Shown here: one piece after another, positions 48,629 through 58,472 of the stretch | Layout of the letters: every line of letters starts with the position of its first letter | Numbering within the stretch: the first letter of the stretch is position 1 | DNA from: a virus | Taxonomy: Duplodnaviria > Caudoviricetes | Virus record (IMG/VR): IMGVR_UViG_3300017911_001697 | Coordinates: 9,918 to 73,917 of that record | Direction: 5' to 3' (one strand) | DNA length: 64,000 nucleotides | The notes under the pieces: model-generated | What the model was told of the DNA's origin: nothing | Database searches by the model: none | The model's input: the letters and a program-made list of their open reading frames with translations, nothing else | Translations under genes and position numbers: made by a program

Positions 48629-48662
48629 TTGACAAATAAATAACACTGTGTTATTATAACAC
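48629..48662 (+). promoter_or_regulatory. Sigma70-like promoter (TTGACA-N17-TATTAT) with embedded AATAAATA and overlapping palindrome GTGTTAT-T-ATAACAC
   Basis: Motifs visible in the intergenic region before the lipoprotein gene. Confidence 0.5.
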
Positions 48663-48770
48663 ATAACAGTGGATTTACGGTTTTATCATGCACTGCTAAG
48701 AGGTACTAAATGTATGTTTTGTTGAAGAACATACAATAGAGTAGTTTTTACACAGAAAGAGGACATGATC

Positions 48771-49922
48771 ATGAACGTAGTAAAACTATTGTTTGTGCTG
48801 ATCGCTGGAGTAAGCGTAGTAGGATGTGCTAGTGGTGGTTCTAGAACAGATTACTATCTTGCTGTACAACAAGCAGCTCAGGCACAAGCAGCACAATCAG
48901 AAGCACGTTATCGTGCACTAGCCACTATTGCTAACAGCGGCGACCCAGCTGCAAAAGCAATGGCAACAATGGCTATCGCTCTCAATGAAGACAAAAACAT
49001 TGTACCACAGTATATTGAATCTGACGCATTAAGTTGGGCTCGTGTGCTGGCAACGCCTGTGGCAACATTAGGTGGTTTATGGATTCAATCAGACGTAGCC
49101 AAAAATGCAAGCAACAATGCACGTGATATCCAAATGGCCAATTTTGCATCTAACGAAGCAATTCAGTTAGGACAGCAAAATATGGTAACCAACCTTGGTA
49201 GCCAATGGTCAGCAGGAGCCGCTGCAAGCAGTCAGCAACTAGTTGATCTAGGTATTGCAGGCTTTGGTGCACTTAACACAGCAGGCGAACAAACTGTTAA
49301 TTTAGGTGTAGCAGGACTTACCACAGCAGACAGTATTGCAGGAGCAGGGTTTACTGCTAATGAAAATATTGCTACTGTAGGCTTTACTGCCGCAGACAGC
49401 ATTGCTACAACCGGTATTACCACTGTTGGTGCCGTTGGTGTTGCAGGTATGACCAATCTAAATGAAGTCAGCCAATATGGCATGACCACCATTAGTGCAG
49501 TAGCAGCAACGGGCATGGACGGTATGGTAACATTAGGCACTGCAGGCATGAATGGTATGGAAGTATTGGGCACTGCTGGTATGACCAACCTAACCACATT
49601 AGGACAGAGTGGATTCACTGCTCTTAATACCATGAGTGCCGATTATAATACTTTGGTTAACAACATCAATACCACAAACGCAGGTGTTATTAATGATCTT
49701 AATACCACATGGAGTGGGGCATTAACTGATAATAATGCCACCTGGAGTGGTGTGTTAACTGACACTAACAGCACTTACAGCGGTATTGTCACAGACAATA
49801 ACGACACACTGGGTTCTGCAAACACGTTATTACAAGAAACTATTGATAACTTGATTGCTAACCCTGTCACAAACACAGTAGTATGTACCACAGATGCTGA
49901 CGGTGTGATTAGTTGTAGTTAA
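48771..49922 (+). CDS. Lipoprotein with 11-residue repeats (383 aa from ATG 48771)
   Basis: Lipobox VVGC after a hydrophobic stretch; GAGGA RBS; tandem hendecads such as LGTAGMNGMEV and LGTAGMTNLTT. Confidence 0.75.
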   Translation: MNVVKLLFVLIAGVSVVGCASGGSRTDYYLAVQQAAQAQAAQSEARYRALATIANSGDPAAKAMATMAIALNEDKNIVPQYIESDALSWARVLATPVATLGGLWIQSDVAKNASNNARDIQMANFASNEAIQLGQQNMVTNLGSQWSAGAAASSQQLVDLGIAGFGALNTAGEQTVNLGVAGLTTADSIAGAGFTANENIATVGFTAADSIATTGITTVGAVGVAGMTNLNEVSQYGMTTISAVAATGMDGMVTLGTAGMNGMEVLGTAGMTNLTTLGQSGFTALNTMSADYNTLVNNINTTNAGVINDLNTTWSGALTDNNATWSGVLTDTNSTYSGIVTDNNDTLGSANTLLQETIDNLIANPVTNTVVCTTDADGVISCS

Positions 49923-49941
49923 AGTTTATATTGCTTGACCT

Positions 49942-49974
49942 ATAACCGAGGAACCACCGCCTCGGTTATTTTTT
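49942..49974 (+). terminator. Intrinsic terminator
   Basis: ATAACCGAGG/CCTCGGTTAT stem followed by Ts. Confidence 0.8.
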
Positions 49975-49981
49975 CTATATT

Positions 49982-49989
49982 GATAAATA
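49982..49989 (+). promoter_or_regulatory. Late promoter GATAAATA
   Basis: Directly after a terminator, upstream of a fibre gene. Confidence 0.65.
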
Positions 49990-50024
49990 GTTGTAAGACT
50001 TTAATATAGTAGGGTTATCAAAAA

Positions 50025-53000
50025 ATGGCAAATAAACGTACCGTTATAGCAGCAGATGAAGAGTTACTGGTCAAAGGCCAGTTGACAGTTTCAGGCAACG
50101 TAACTCAAATCGAAACAACTCAAACAATCAACCGATTGGAATCAGACGAATTAGTAATCAACGCAGACAGCGATGCTGTAACGGCTAAAGTAGTATTAAA
50201 CGGCGCAAGCTCAAACGCAATATTATCTTTTAACTCAACAACTGGCAACTTAGACATCAGCCAACCTATTGCTGTGCCTAGTGGTACAACAATCACAGGT
50301 ACATTTGTTGGCGACTTAACTGGTGATGTAACAGGTGATGTAACTGGTACAGTAAGTGACATTTCAAATCACGACACTGGCGATTTAACAGAAGGCTCAA
50401 ATCTCTACTATACAACAGCAAGAGCTAACACAGATTTTGATACAAGACTAGCCACTAAAGATACTGGGGATTTAGCAGAAGGTTCAAATCTTTATTACAC
50501 TGATGCTAGAGCAAGAGCATCTATCAGTGTTACTGACTCAGGCGGCGACGGCAGTTTAGCATACAATAGTTCAAGTGGTGTGATCACTTACACTGGCCCA
50601 AGTCTTGCAGAAGTACAATCCAGAATAGACAATTCAGCAGCAAATGTTAGGGCACATTTTAGCGGTGGGACAGGCATCACACTTACTGGCGGAACATTCT
50701 CTACAACAGATAGCGAAATAGTTCACGATGACCTTAGTGGTTTTGTGGCAAACGAACACATTGATCATAGTAGTGTAGATATCACAGCAGGCTCGGGCTT
50801 GACTGGCGGCGGTGATATCACAGCAAGTAGAACGTTAAACGTTGTTGGCGGTGACGGTATCACAGCAAATGCTAACGACATAGAAGTTGATAGTACGGTA
50901 GTTAGGACAAGCGGTAATCAAAGTATTGCAGGAACAAAAACATTCACAGGCAGTGTTGTTTTACCAGCATTAACAAATCCAAGCAATCCTTCGGGCAATG
51001 CATACGTTGCAGGCGACGGCGGAGGCTCCACAAAAGCAGCATCAACTGCTTATGTTGAAGCAGCCATTGATGCATTAGTCGGCGGCGCACCAGGTACACT
51101 TGATACCATTAATGAAATTGCATCAGCACTCAACGATAATGCATCAATTGGTGCACAGGTTGTGTCAAACACCAACGACATTGACACACTTGAAGGCAGA
51201 CAAGTTATTGCAGGTTCGGGTCTCACAGGTGGAGGCACACTAGCCGCAGATAGAACATTAAACGTAGGCGCCGGCACAGGTATTAGTGTAGCAGCAGATA
51301 GTATCAGCACAAATGATAGTGCTATTGTACACGATAACTTATCAGGATTTGTTGCTAACGAACACATTAACCACACAGGCGTTACCTTAACAGCAGGCGA
51401 CGGATTAAGCGGTGGTGGAGACATTACTGCAAGCAGAAGTTTTGCAGTTGACAGTACTGTTGTTAGAACCACAGGCAACCAAGCATTAGCAGGTGTTAAG
51501 ACATTTACAGGTGCATTAGTAGTACCAAGTTCAACGAACACAACCAGCGGTGCAATTTATTATGACAGCAGCACCAACGAAGCATTCATTTACACAGGTG
51601 CAGGTGCTAGAAAAATTACTCCTGCTGTGGATGCAGGTGATGTAGAAAGTTTAGGCACAGGCACAGTTGATGTGTACGCCGGCCAACGTGCAGCAGGTAA
51701 TGTTACATATCACGGCATTAAAAGTTTAAATGCAGGCACTTATACAAGTCTTGCAGAAAGTGCAAATGTAATCACATACGATGTAGACATGCCAGCAGTG
51801 AAAGCACAGTTTGCTGCTTCAGGTGCTGAACTATCATATGATAGCAGCACAGGTACTTTCACCAGCACTGCTGACAATTACAGCAGTTGGAAATTTACCA
51901 CACCAACAACAGGAAATGTTGTTATCAACAGTGACGACCTAGTAACCTTTGCAGCAGGCACAGGTATAACAATTTCCCACACTGATAAAACGATCACAAT
52001 CACAAACAGTAATTCAGCAGACATAACAGCAGTTAACGCTGGTAACGGTTTAACAGGTGGTGCCACAAGTGGTGCAGCAACGCTCACAGTTGGTGCTGGT
52101 GATGGTATCAGTGTAAACACCAACGATGTTGCAGTAGACAGCACTGTAGTTAGAACATCAGGCACACAAACTGTGGCTGGCAATAAAACGCTAACAGGCG
52201 ATACTCAAATTAACAATTTAAACATCAATGGTGCATTTGACTTACCCACCACAGACGGCACAAACGGATATGTGTTAAAGACTGATGGTTCAGGCACAGT
52301 TACATGGGCATCAGTTACTTCATTGCCAGGTACTGTAACAGGCGTTACTGCTGGTGACGGTTTAACAGGCGGCGGCTCAGTAGGCACTGTGACTGTTGAT
52401 GTTGCAGGCGGTTATGGTATCACAGTTAATGCTAATGACATTGAAGTAAGTAATTCAGATATTCAAGCACTGTTTAGTGCAGGCGGCGACCTAAGTTATT
52501 CAAATGGTGTGTTCAGTTACACAGAACCCACAATGTATGCAGACAGTGATGCAAGAAGTGCTATTAGTGCAGGTGGTGATTTAACATACAACAGCTCAAC
52601 AGGTGTTATCAGTTTCACAGAAAGAACTGACGCAGAAGTACGTGGCTTACTAAGTGGTGGTACAGGTATTACATATGACGACTCTACTGGTTCGATCAGT
52701 TTAACAGATACAGGTTATATCACAGGTGTTACAGCAGGCAACGGATTAAGTGGCGGTGGCGGTTCAGGCACAGTCACATTAGCAGTGGACTTATCAGAAC
52801 TTACTGACATGACTGCTGCAGTTAACAGTGCCCAAGACGAACTGATTATTTTGGATAATGGTGCTGATAGAAGAAAACTTATTTCAGAAATACCACTAAG
52901 TGCATTCAACAACGACAGTGGATTTACTACTAATACAGGTGACATTACAGGTGTCACAGCAGGAACTGGTTTAAGTGGTGGAGGAGCAAGCGGCTCTGTT

Positions 53001-53714
53001 ACACTAAACCTTGACTTTAGTGAACTTACAGATATGACAGGAGACATATCTGGCACAACAGAATTTATTCTACAAGACGGTACCACAGAAAGCAGGAAAG
53101 CTGCAAGCGAAATTAAACTTTCTGCATTTAACAACGATTCAGGTTTTACCACTAATGTGGGTGACATTACAGGTGTTACAGCAGGCACAGACTTAACAGG
53201 TGGCGGTTCAAGTGGTTCAGTTACATTAAACGTAACATCAGCAAGCACTAACACTGCAAACAGAATTGTTAAAAGAGATGGCTCAGGTAACTTTGCTGCA
53301 GGTGTTATCACAGCCACAGCAACAGCAGCACAATATGCTGACTTGGCTGAAAACTATGTAGCAGACAGCGATTATCCCCCAGGCACAGTTTTAGTGTTTG
53401 GCGGCGAACAAGAAGTTACACTGTGTAACGAACATAATTCTGCAAGAGTAGCAGGTGTTGTTTCCACAGATCCTGCACACTTGATGAATTCAAACTGCGA
53501 AGGCGAGCATGTCGCAGCAGTAGCACTCAGAGGACGTATACCTTGCAAGGTTATGGGTCCTGTTAGAAAAGGCGATGTACTTGTAACATCAACTACACCA
53601 GGTTTTGCAGAAGCATCAGATCAGCCACATTTTGTTGGTGCAGCATGCATAGTTGGTAAAGCAATCTCAGATCATCTTACTCCAAGCCAAGGTATTGTAG
53701 AAATAATGGTTTAA
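50025..53714 (+). CDS. Long tail fibre-like protein with C-terminal autocleaving-chaperone-like domain (1229 aa)
   Basis: EGSNLYYT.ARA and ITGVTAG.GL.GGG repeats; QYADLAENY...VALRGRIPCKV C-terminus. Confidence 0.8.
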   Translation: MANKRTVIAADEELLVKGQLTVSGNVTQIETTQTINRLESDELVINADSDAVTAKVVLNGASSNAILSFNSTTGNLDISQPIAVPSGTTITGTFVGDLTGDVTGDVTGTVSDISNHDTGDLTEGSNLYYTTARANTDFDTRLATKDTGDLAEGSNLYYTDARARASISVTDSGGDGSLAYNSSSGVITYTGPSLAEVQSRIDNSAANVRAHFSGGTGITLTGGTFSTTDSEIVHDDLSGFVANEHIDHSSVDITAGSGLTGGGDITASRTLNVVGGDGITANANDIEVDSTVVRTSGNQSIAGTKTFTGSVVLPALTNPSNPSGNAYVAGDGGGSTKAASTAYVEAAIDALVGGAPGTLDTINEIASALNDNASIGAQVVSNTNDIDTLEGRQVIAGSGLTGGGTLAADRTLNVGAGTGISVAADSISTNDSAIVHDNLSGFVANEHINHTGVTLTAGDGLSGGGDITASRSFAVDSTVVRTTGNQALAGVKTFTGALVVPSSTNTTSGAIYYDSSTNEAFIYTGAGARKITPAVDAGDVESLGTGTVDVYAGQRAAGNVTYHGIKSLNAGTYTSLAESANVITYDVDMPAVKAQFAASGAELSYDSSTGTFTSTADNYSSWKFTTPTTGNVVINSDDLVTFAAGTGITISHTDKTITITNSNSADITAVNAGNGLTGGATSGAATLTVGAGDGISVNTNDVAVDSTVVRTSGTQTVAGNKTLTGDTQINNLNINGAFDLPTTDGTNGYVLKTDGSGTVTWASVTSLPGTVTGVTAGDGLTGGGSVGTVTVDVAGGYGITVNANDIEVSNSDIQALFSAGGDLSYSNGVFSYTEPTMYADSDARSAISAGGDLTYNSSTGVISFTERTDAEVRGLLSGGTGITYDDSTGSISLTDTGYITGVTAGNGLSGGGGSGTVTLAVDLSELTDMTAAVNSAQDELIILDNGADRRKLISEIPLSAFNNDSGFTTNTGDITGVTAGTGLSGGGASGSVTLNLDFSELTDMTGDISGTTEFILQDGTTESRKAASEIKLSAFNNDSGFTTNVGDITGVTAGTDLTGGGSSGSVTLNVTSASTNTANRIVKRDGSGNFAAGVITATATAAQYADLAENYVADSDYPPGTVLVFGGEQEVTLCNEHNSARVAGVVSTDPAHLMNSNCEGEHVAAVALRGRIPCKVMGPVRKGDVLVTSTTPGFAEASDQPHFVGAACIVGKAISDHLTPSQGIVEIMV

Positions 53715-53734
53715 CCCATTATTTCTTCTACATT

Positions 53735-53742
53735 GATAAATA
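53735..53742 (+). promoter_or_regulatory. Late promoter GATAAATA
   Basis: Intergenic, upstream of 53816. Confidence 0.6.
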
Positions 53743-53815
53743 CATATAACGGCGAAGACAGTAACGCAGTGTTGCTGACAATGTTTTTACAAACATTGAA
53801 CTAACCGGAGACAAA

Positions 53816-56263
53816 ATGGCAATTTTTGGAAATTTCAAAGGTACCACTAAATCTGAATTTCAGATCGGTAAAAGTGGTTCTAAAGTATCTAGCGGAAGTG
53901 CTGTTCCCAGCACAGATTTATCCAACGGCGACCTATTCATTGACGCTGCTAACTCAACACTACAAGTTTACAACAATGCTTGGGTAAACATAGGAACAAC
54001 ATTACCTGAGCTAAATGTCGATGACGGCACACTGTTTGTTGATCAAGCAAACGACACAGTGAGCATTGGTTCTACTAGCTCAAATGAAAAACTTTTTGTA
54101 AACGGCAGTTTGCGATTAGGTACCAACCCAAGCCTACAACACTCCGGTGCATTTTTAGATTTAAGACATTCAAATGGTTCTGCTACACAGGTTCGTGTTA
54201 GGGACAACAGCAGTGGTAGTGACCCCATATTTAAAGTTTATAATGCTAACAACAGCTCAGAAATATTCAAAGCACAAGGTGCAAATGTAAGAATACATGA
54301 TGCATACAACATGCCCACAGCAGATGGTACTGCTAATCAAGTACTACAAACAGATGGCTCCGGCACACTGAGTTTTGTGGATAACAGTGCCACACCAGGC
54401 GGTGCTAATACGCAAATACAGTTTAACGATGACGGTGCGTTTGGTGGACATGCTAATTTATACTTTGACAAAAGTGGAGAAGTTTTTCATGCTCCAAGTA
54501 TTAATGTTACAACATTCAGTTACAGCATATTAAGCGAAGACTACGGATTGATAGGCGAAGAAGCCACAGTAACAAAAGACTTTGGGGAAATTGATGCTGA
54601 TGCTAACGAAGCATATTTGAATAATGTAGTAGAAGATACTACCCCACAACTGGGTGGCAACTTAGATTTAAACAGTAATAATATTACTGGTACTGGTGAC
54701 ATAGATATTACTGGTACAGCAACTTTTTCAGGTAATGTTACACTAGAAGGATTTAGCGGTAATGAAAATGAAGTTGTAATTGTAGGTTCTGGTGGTACAC
54801 TTAGTTCCACAGACAACCTCACAATAGATGTTGCTAACAACAGAGTTGGTATTGGCACAGCATCACCAGCAACCAAGTTCCATATCGCAGGGGAAGGATC
54901 CAACGAAGGACAGATTAGACTACAGCAAGCACATGATGGATCAGACGGTCCTGACTTTGCTTTCTATGCTAGTAGAGGAACCATTGCTTCACCCACAAGC
55001 ATAGCCAACAACGACACACAGGGAAGGATCAATGCCTATGTTCACAACGGCACTAACTTTGTCCAGTCTGGATCGTTTGGTTGGAGCAGTGACGGCACGG
55101 ATGGTGACAACACATTTGATATTAGATCAAGGGTAGGTGGAACACTTGCCAAGCGTATCGAAGTTGTTGCGTCAGGAGACATTGAGTTTCAAGACGGTGC
55201 GTTTGATGTGGATGTTAAAAGTCATGACGGAACCAACGGACTAAAACTGGGTGGCACATTGGTTACTAGTTCTGCTACAGAACTGAACCTATTAGATGGT
55301 GTTACTGGTATTACACTAGGCAGTGCAAACGAATTACTTGTTGTAGGCGCAGATGGATCTAGTGTCGTAAGTGATAGCACACTAGCAGTTGATACTGTAA
55401 ATAATAGATTGGGTATCAACCAAACATCGCCTGAAGTAACACTACACATGACAGGTGAAGCCGCTCAGTCAGCACAGATCCGTATGGAACAAATGGCCGA
55501 CACAGCAGACGCTCCAGACATTAGAACACGCAAGAGTCGTGGCACTGCGGCAGCACCTACCAAGAACAACGCAGGCGATTTCATCTACAGACAGAATCAT
55601 GAACGCTACAATGGCACAGGTTGGACCACAGTAGGACAACTTGCTGTAGACACAGATGGCACCAATGCTGATAGGTTCAAGATGACATTTGCTGTTAGTG
55701 AAGACGGCGGCAGTATTGATGCGGCTCAAAATCAACTAATGATTGATGGTGCTGACAGTGGTGCTATCACATTCAATCAAGCATACAAGTTCCCAACAGC
55801 AGACGGTAGTAGTGGACAAGTACTGACAACCAACGGCAGTGGCACACTCACATTTGCTAACATTCCTACTGTGAATATTGTAGATGATACTACACCACAA
55901 CTGGGCGGTGATTTAGATGCACAGAATAACAACATAAACAATGTTGGTGTTGCAACAGCAAAAAGTTATAAAGATACAGTTTTCACTATCACAGATGGTG
56001 CTAGTGTAGACATTGACCCAGACAACGGTGGTATTCAAGTTTGGACATTAGGAGCAAACAGAAGCCCTACTGCAAACAATTTTGACGCAGGTGCTAAAGT
56101 GATGTTAATGATTAACGATGGTAGCAGTTATTCAATTACGTGGCCAAGTGTAAACTGGGTAGGCGGAGTAGCACCCACATTACCCACAAGTGGTTACGGC
56201 ATTGTTGAACTGTGGAAAGTAGGCTCCCAATTATACGGAGCATTTGCCGGTGGAGTTGCGTAA
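53816..56263 (+). CDS. Tail fibre-like protein (815 aa)
   Basis: Two DTTPQLGG.LD repeats; NNRVGIGT/NNRLGINQT beta-repeats; two PTADG..GQVL.T.GSGTL.F motifs. Confidence 0.75.
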   Translation: MAIFGNFKGTTKSEFQIGKSGSKVSSGSAVPSTDLSNGDLFIDAANSTLQVYNNAWVNIGTTLPELNVDDGTLFVDQANDTVSIGSTSSNEKLFVNGSLRLGTNPSLQHSGAFLDLRHSNGSATQVRVRDNSSGSDPIFKVYNANNSSEIFKAQGANVRIHDAYNMPTADGTANQVLQTDGSGTLSFVDNSATPGGANTQIQFNDDGAFGGHANLYFDKSGEVFHAPSINVTTFSYSILSEDYGLIGEEATVTKDFGEIDADANEAYLNNVVEDTTPQLGGNLDLNSNNITGTGDIDITGTATFSGNVTLEGFSGNENEVVIVGSGGTLSSTDNLTIDVANNRVGIGTASPATKFHIAGEGSNEGQIRLQQAHDGSDGPDFAFYASRGTIASPTSIANNDTQGRINAYVHNGTNFVQSGSFGWSSDGTDGDNTFDIRSRVGGTLAKRIEVVASGDIEFQDGAFDVDVKSHDGTNGLKLGGTLVTSSATELNLLDGVTGITLGSANELLVVGADGSSVVSDSTLAVDTVNNRLGINQTSPEVTLHMTGEAAQSAQIRMEQMADTADAPDIRTRKSRGTAAAPTKNNAGDFIYRQNHERYNGTGWTTVGQLAVDTDGTNADRFKMTFAVSEDGGSIDAAQNQLMIDGADSGAITFNQAYKFPTADGSSGQVLTTNGSGTLTFANIPTVNIVDDTTPQLGGDLDAQNNNINNVGVATAKSYKDTVFTITDGASVDIDPDNGGIQVWTLGANRSPTANNFDAGAKVMLMINDGSSYSITWPSVNWVGGVAPTLPTSGYGIVELWKVGSQLYGAFAGGVA

Positions 56264-56991
56264 TGTTACTTGCACAAACTAATGCAGGATACTCATTTCC
56301 AACAGCAAACAGAGTAGTTCACTTAGATGCTGGAAACAGCAGTAGTTATTCAGGTACTGGTACTACCTGGAGTGATTTAACAAGCAACAACAATGACTTT
56401 ACATTAAGCAGTTGTACATTTGACAGTGGCAACGGTGGCAGTATAGATTTTGATGGTACTAACAGTACAGCCGACAGAGGCAGTAATTTAACATTTAATA
56501 AAACAAGTAATACCATGATGTTTTGGGTAAAGCAAGATCAAAACAATTTAAGAGGGTTAGTAAACAGAAACGCATCAAACTCTTACAATAGTTTTATATC
56601 CTTTGCTGATAGACCCAGTAGAGCAGAAACAGACACAAACTGTAATAACTTTATATACGAAGAAAGTATGACAGGTAATGCAAACATAGACAGTTCAGTG
56701 AGAGACAATTGGACTTGCTGGACTATAAGAACAAATTCGGATCAAAGTGCAGATTGGTTCTTAAATGGCACAAGAAGAATACCAGTTACCAGTTGGGGCA
56801 GTATTGATTGTGGATCAACCGCGGCAACAAACTTTCATGGTAATTTAACATGGAGATATTTGGGAACGGCTACAACTTACGAAGGCAGATATGATGGTAA
56901 GTTGGCAATGATATGTCAATGGAATGTAGCATTAACAGATCATCAAATACAATCAGCATTTGGATCATATAGAAGTAGATTTGGAGTATAA
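56263..56991 (+). CDS. LamG/concanavalin-like lectin-fold protein (242 aa; start revised to the TAATG overlap)
   Basis: HLDAGNSSSYSGTGTTWSDL...IDFDGT...YDGKLAMICQWNVALT pattern. Confidence 0.75.
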   Translation: MLLAQTNAGYSFPTANRVVHLDAGNSSSYSGTGTTWSDLTSNNNDFTLSSCTFDSGNGGSIDFDGTNSTADRGSNLTFNKTSNTMMFWVKQDQNNLRGLVNRNASNSYNSFISFADRPSRAETDTNCNNFIYEESMTGNANIDSSVRDNWTCWTIRTNSDQSADWFLNGTRRIPVTSWGSIDCGSTAATNFHGNLTWRYLGTATTYEGRYDGKLAMICQWNVALTDHQIQSAFGSYRSRFGV

Positions 56992-56996
56992 CACAC

Positions 56997-58415
56997 ATGC
57001 CAAGAGCAAAAACACAGAAGAAAAGCAAAGTTAATTTAGTAAATGTAGCAGAAAGCGAAATTGTTATAGATAAAACAGTAAAGCCTGTTACAAAGAAAAA
57101 GCCTACTGCTAAAAAAGCAGAGGTAGTTGAAAATAAAAAAACTGAGCAAATTGATTTAGAGCAAATCAAAGCACAGTTAACTGAACAAATAAAAGCAGAA
57201 GTAAAAGCAGAGTATATAAGACAAATGCAATCAGAAGTCCAAATAGCAAAACATGATGCAAACTTAGAACGCAGTAAGTTAGTTTTGCGTGGCGAAAAAA
57301 CTTTTACAATGTGTAATACCGAAGATGGTTTACAAGTAGCAGACGATACAAAGCCTTTGTTAACATTTAAAAATACAGGTGCTGCAGGATTCGGTACCAG
57401 TGCACCTAGAACACACGGCCCTGGAAGTGTGCACATCAGGGCAAACTACAGCAGTGAAGCATCTATTCCTACAACAGGAAAATATGTTACCAGAGGGTTG
57501 ATTGTAGAAGGTGACGCAGACGATGATTCAACATTTGGATTGAGAGTACTCAGCAGAAAAAACAGACAAGGCTTAAACGTAACTGGTGACGGCAAATTGC
57601 GAATAGGAATTATTAACGACAATACAAAAAGCAAAGTATCAGTATACCAGCCAGACCACGAAGGTGCAGTAATAAGTGGATATGCACCTAGTAGATATTA
57701 CAACAACGATTTAATGAATTTAACAACTGCAGCAACATCGACAGACGCATTTAATTTTATTAGTGCAAAAAACCAAAAAGTTGATGGTAATGATGCAGGA
57801 CAACAAGTTTTTACTGTCACAGGCTCAGGCAGAGTACAAGCAGATGGTGCATACGTTTCTAATGGAAGCTCGTATGCAGAAATGTTTGAATGGGCCGATG
57901 GCAATAACAGAAACGAAGACAGAGTAGGGTTCACTGTAGCACTAGATGCTAAAGGAAAATTGCGAGTAGCAGACGAAGGTGACAACATTGTGGGAGTGGT
58001 AATTCCTGCAGAAAGTGCTGCTGTAATTGGCGGAGCACAGTGGAACTATTGGAAAAACAAATATACAGTAGATGAAAAGCGTCGAAACAGAAAATTACGC
58101 TACCATGTGATTGAATGGGAAAACGCTGACAACACACTTGAAAGTTATTTTAACTCAACTGCGCCAGCAGATGCTGACTTACCAGAAAGTGCTGTTACTT
58201 ATGAAACAGATACTTTGGGTAATGATATGTATGTAAAATACGATCATCCGTCAATGGATTACAGCAAAGATTATACTGCCAGACTCAACAGAAGAGAATG
58301 GGCAACAGTAGCAATCACTGGTACTGTGTTGATGTTTGCAGGGCAAATTGTAAACAGCAATTGGGTTAAAATTAAAAATATAACAGATGATTTAGAATTA
58401 TGGTTAATTAGGTGA
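56997..58415 (+). CDS. Fibre/appendage-like protein with Peptidase G2-type autocleaving chaperone (472 aa)
   Basis: SYAEMFEWADGN...RLNRREWATVAITG resembles the phi29 gp12 C-terminal chaperone. Confidence 0.7.
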   Translation: MPRAKTQKKSKVNLVNVAESEIVIDKTVKPVTKKKPTAKKAEVVENKKTEQIDLEQIKAQLTEQIKAEVKAEYIRQMQSEVQIAKHDANLERSKLVLRGEKTFTMCNTEDGLQVADDTKPLLTFKNTGAAGFGTSAPRTHGPGSVHIRANYSSEASIPTTGKYVTRGLIVEGDADDDSTFGLRVLSRKNRQGLNVTGDGKLRIGIINDNTKSKVSVYQPDHEGAVISGYAPSRYYNNDLMNLTTAATSTDAFNFISAKNQKVDGNDAGQQVFTVTGSGRVQADGAYVSNGSSYAEMFEWADGNNRNEDRVGFTVALDAKGKLRVADEGDNIVGVVIPAESAAVIGGAQWNYWKNKYTVDEKRRNRKLRYHVIEWENADNTLESYFNSTAPADADLPESAVTYETDTLGNDMYVKYDHPSMDYSKDYTARLNRREWATVAITGTVLMFAGQIVNSNWVKIKNITDDLELWLIR

Positions 58416-58419
58416 TAAT

Positions 58420-58427
58420 GATAAATA
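58420..58427 (+). promoter_or_regulatory. Late promoter GATAAATA
   Basis: Intergenic, upstream of 58473. Confidence 0.6.
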
Positions 58428-58472
58428 CAGTAAAACATATTAACCAATTTAACAAGGTTAGGGGAAAATAAA

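Noticed and set aside
53745-53815. Riboswitch in the two-hairpin leader of the 815-aa fibre gene
   Set aside because: Two simple stems only, with no recognisable aptamer consensus.
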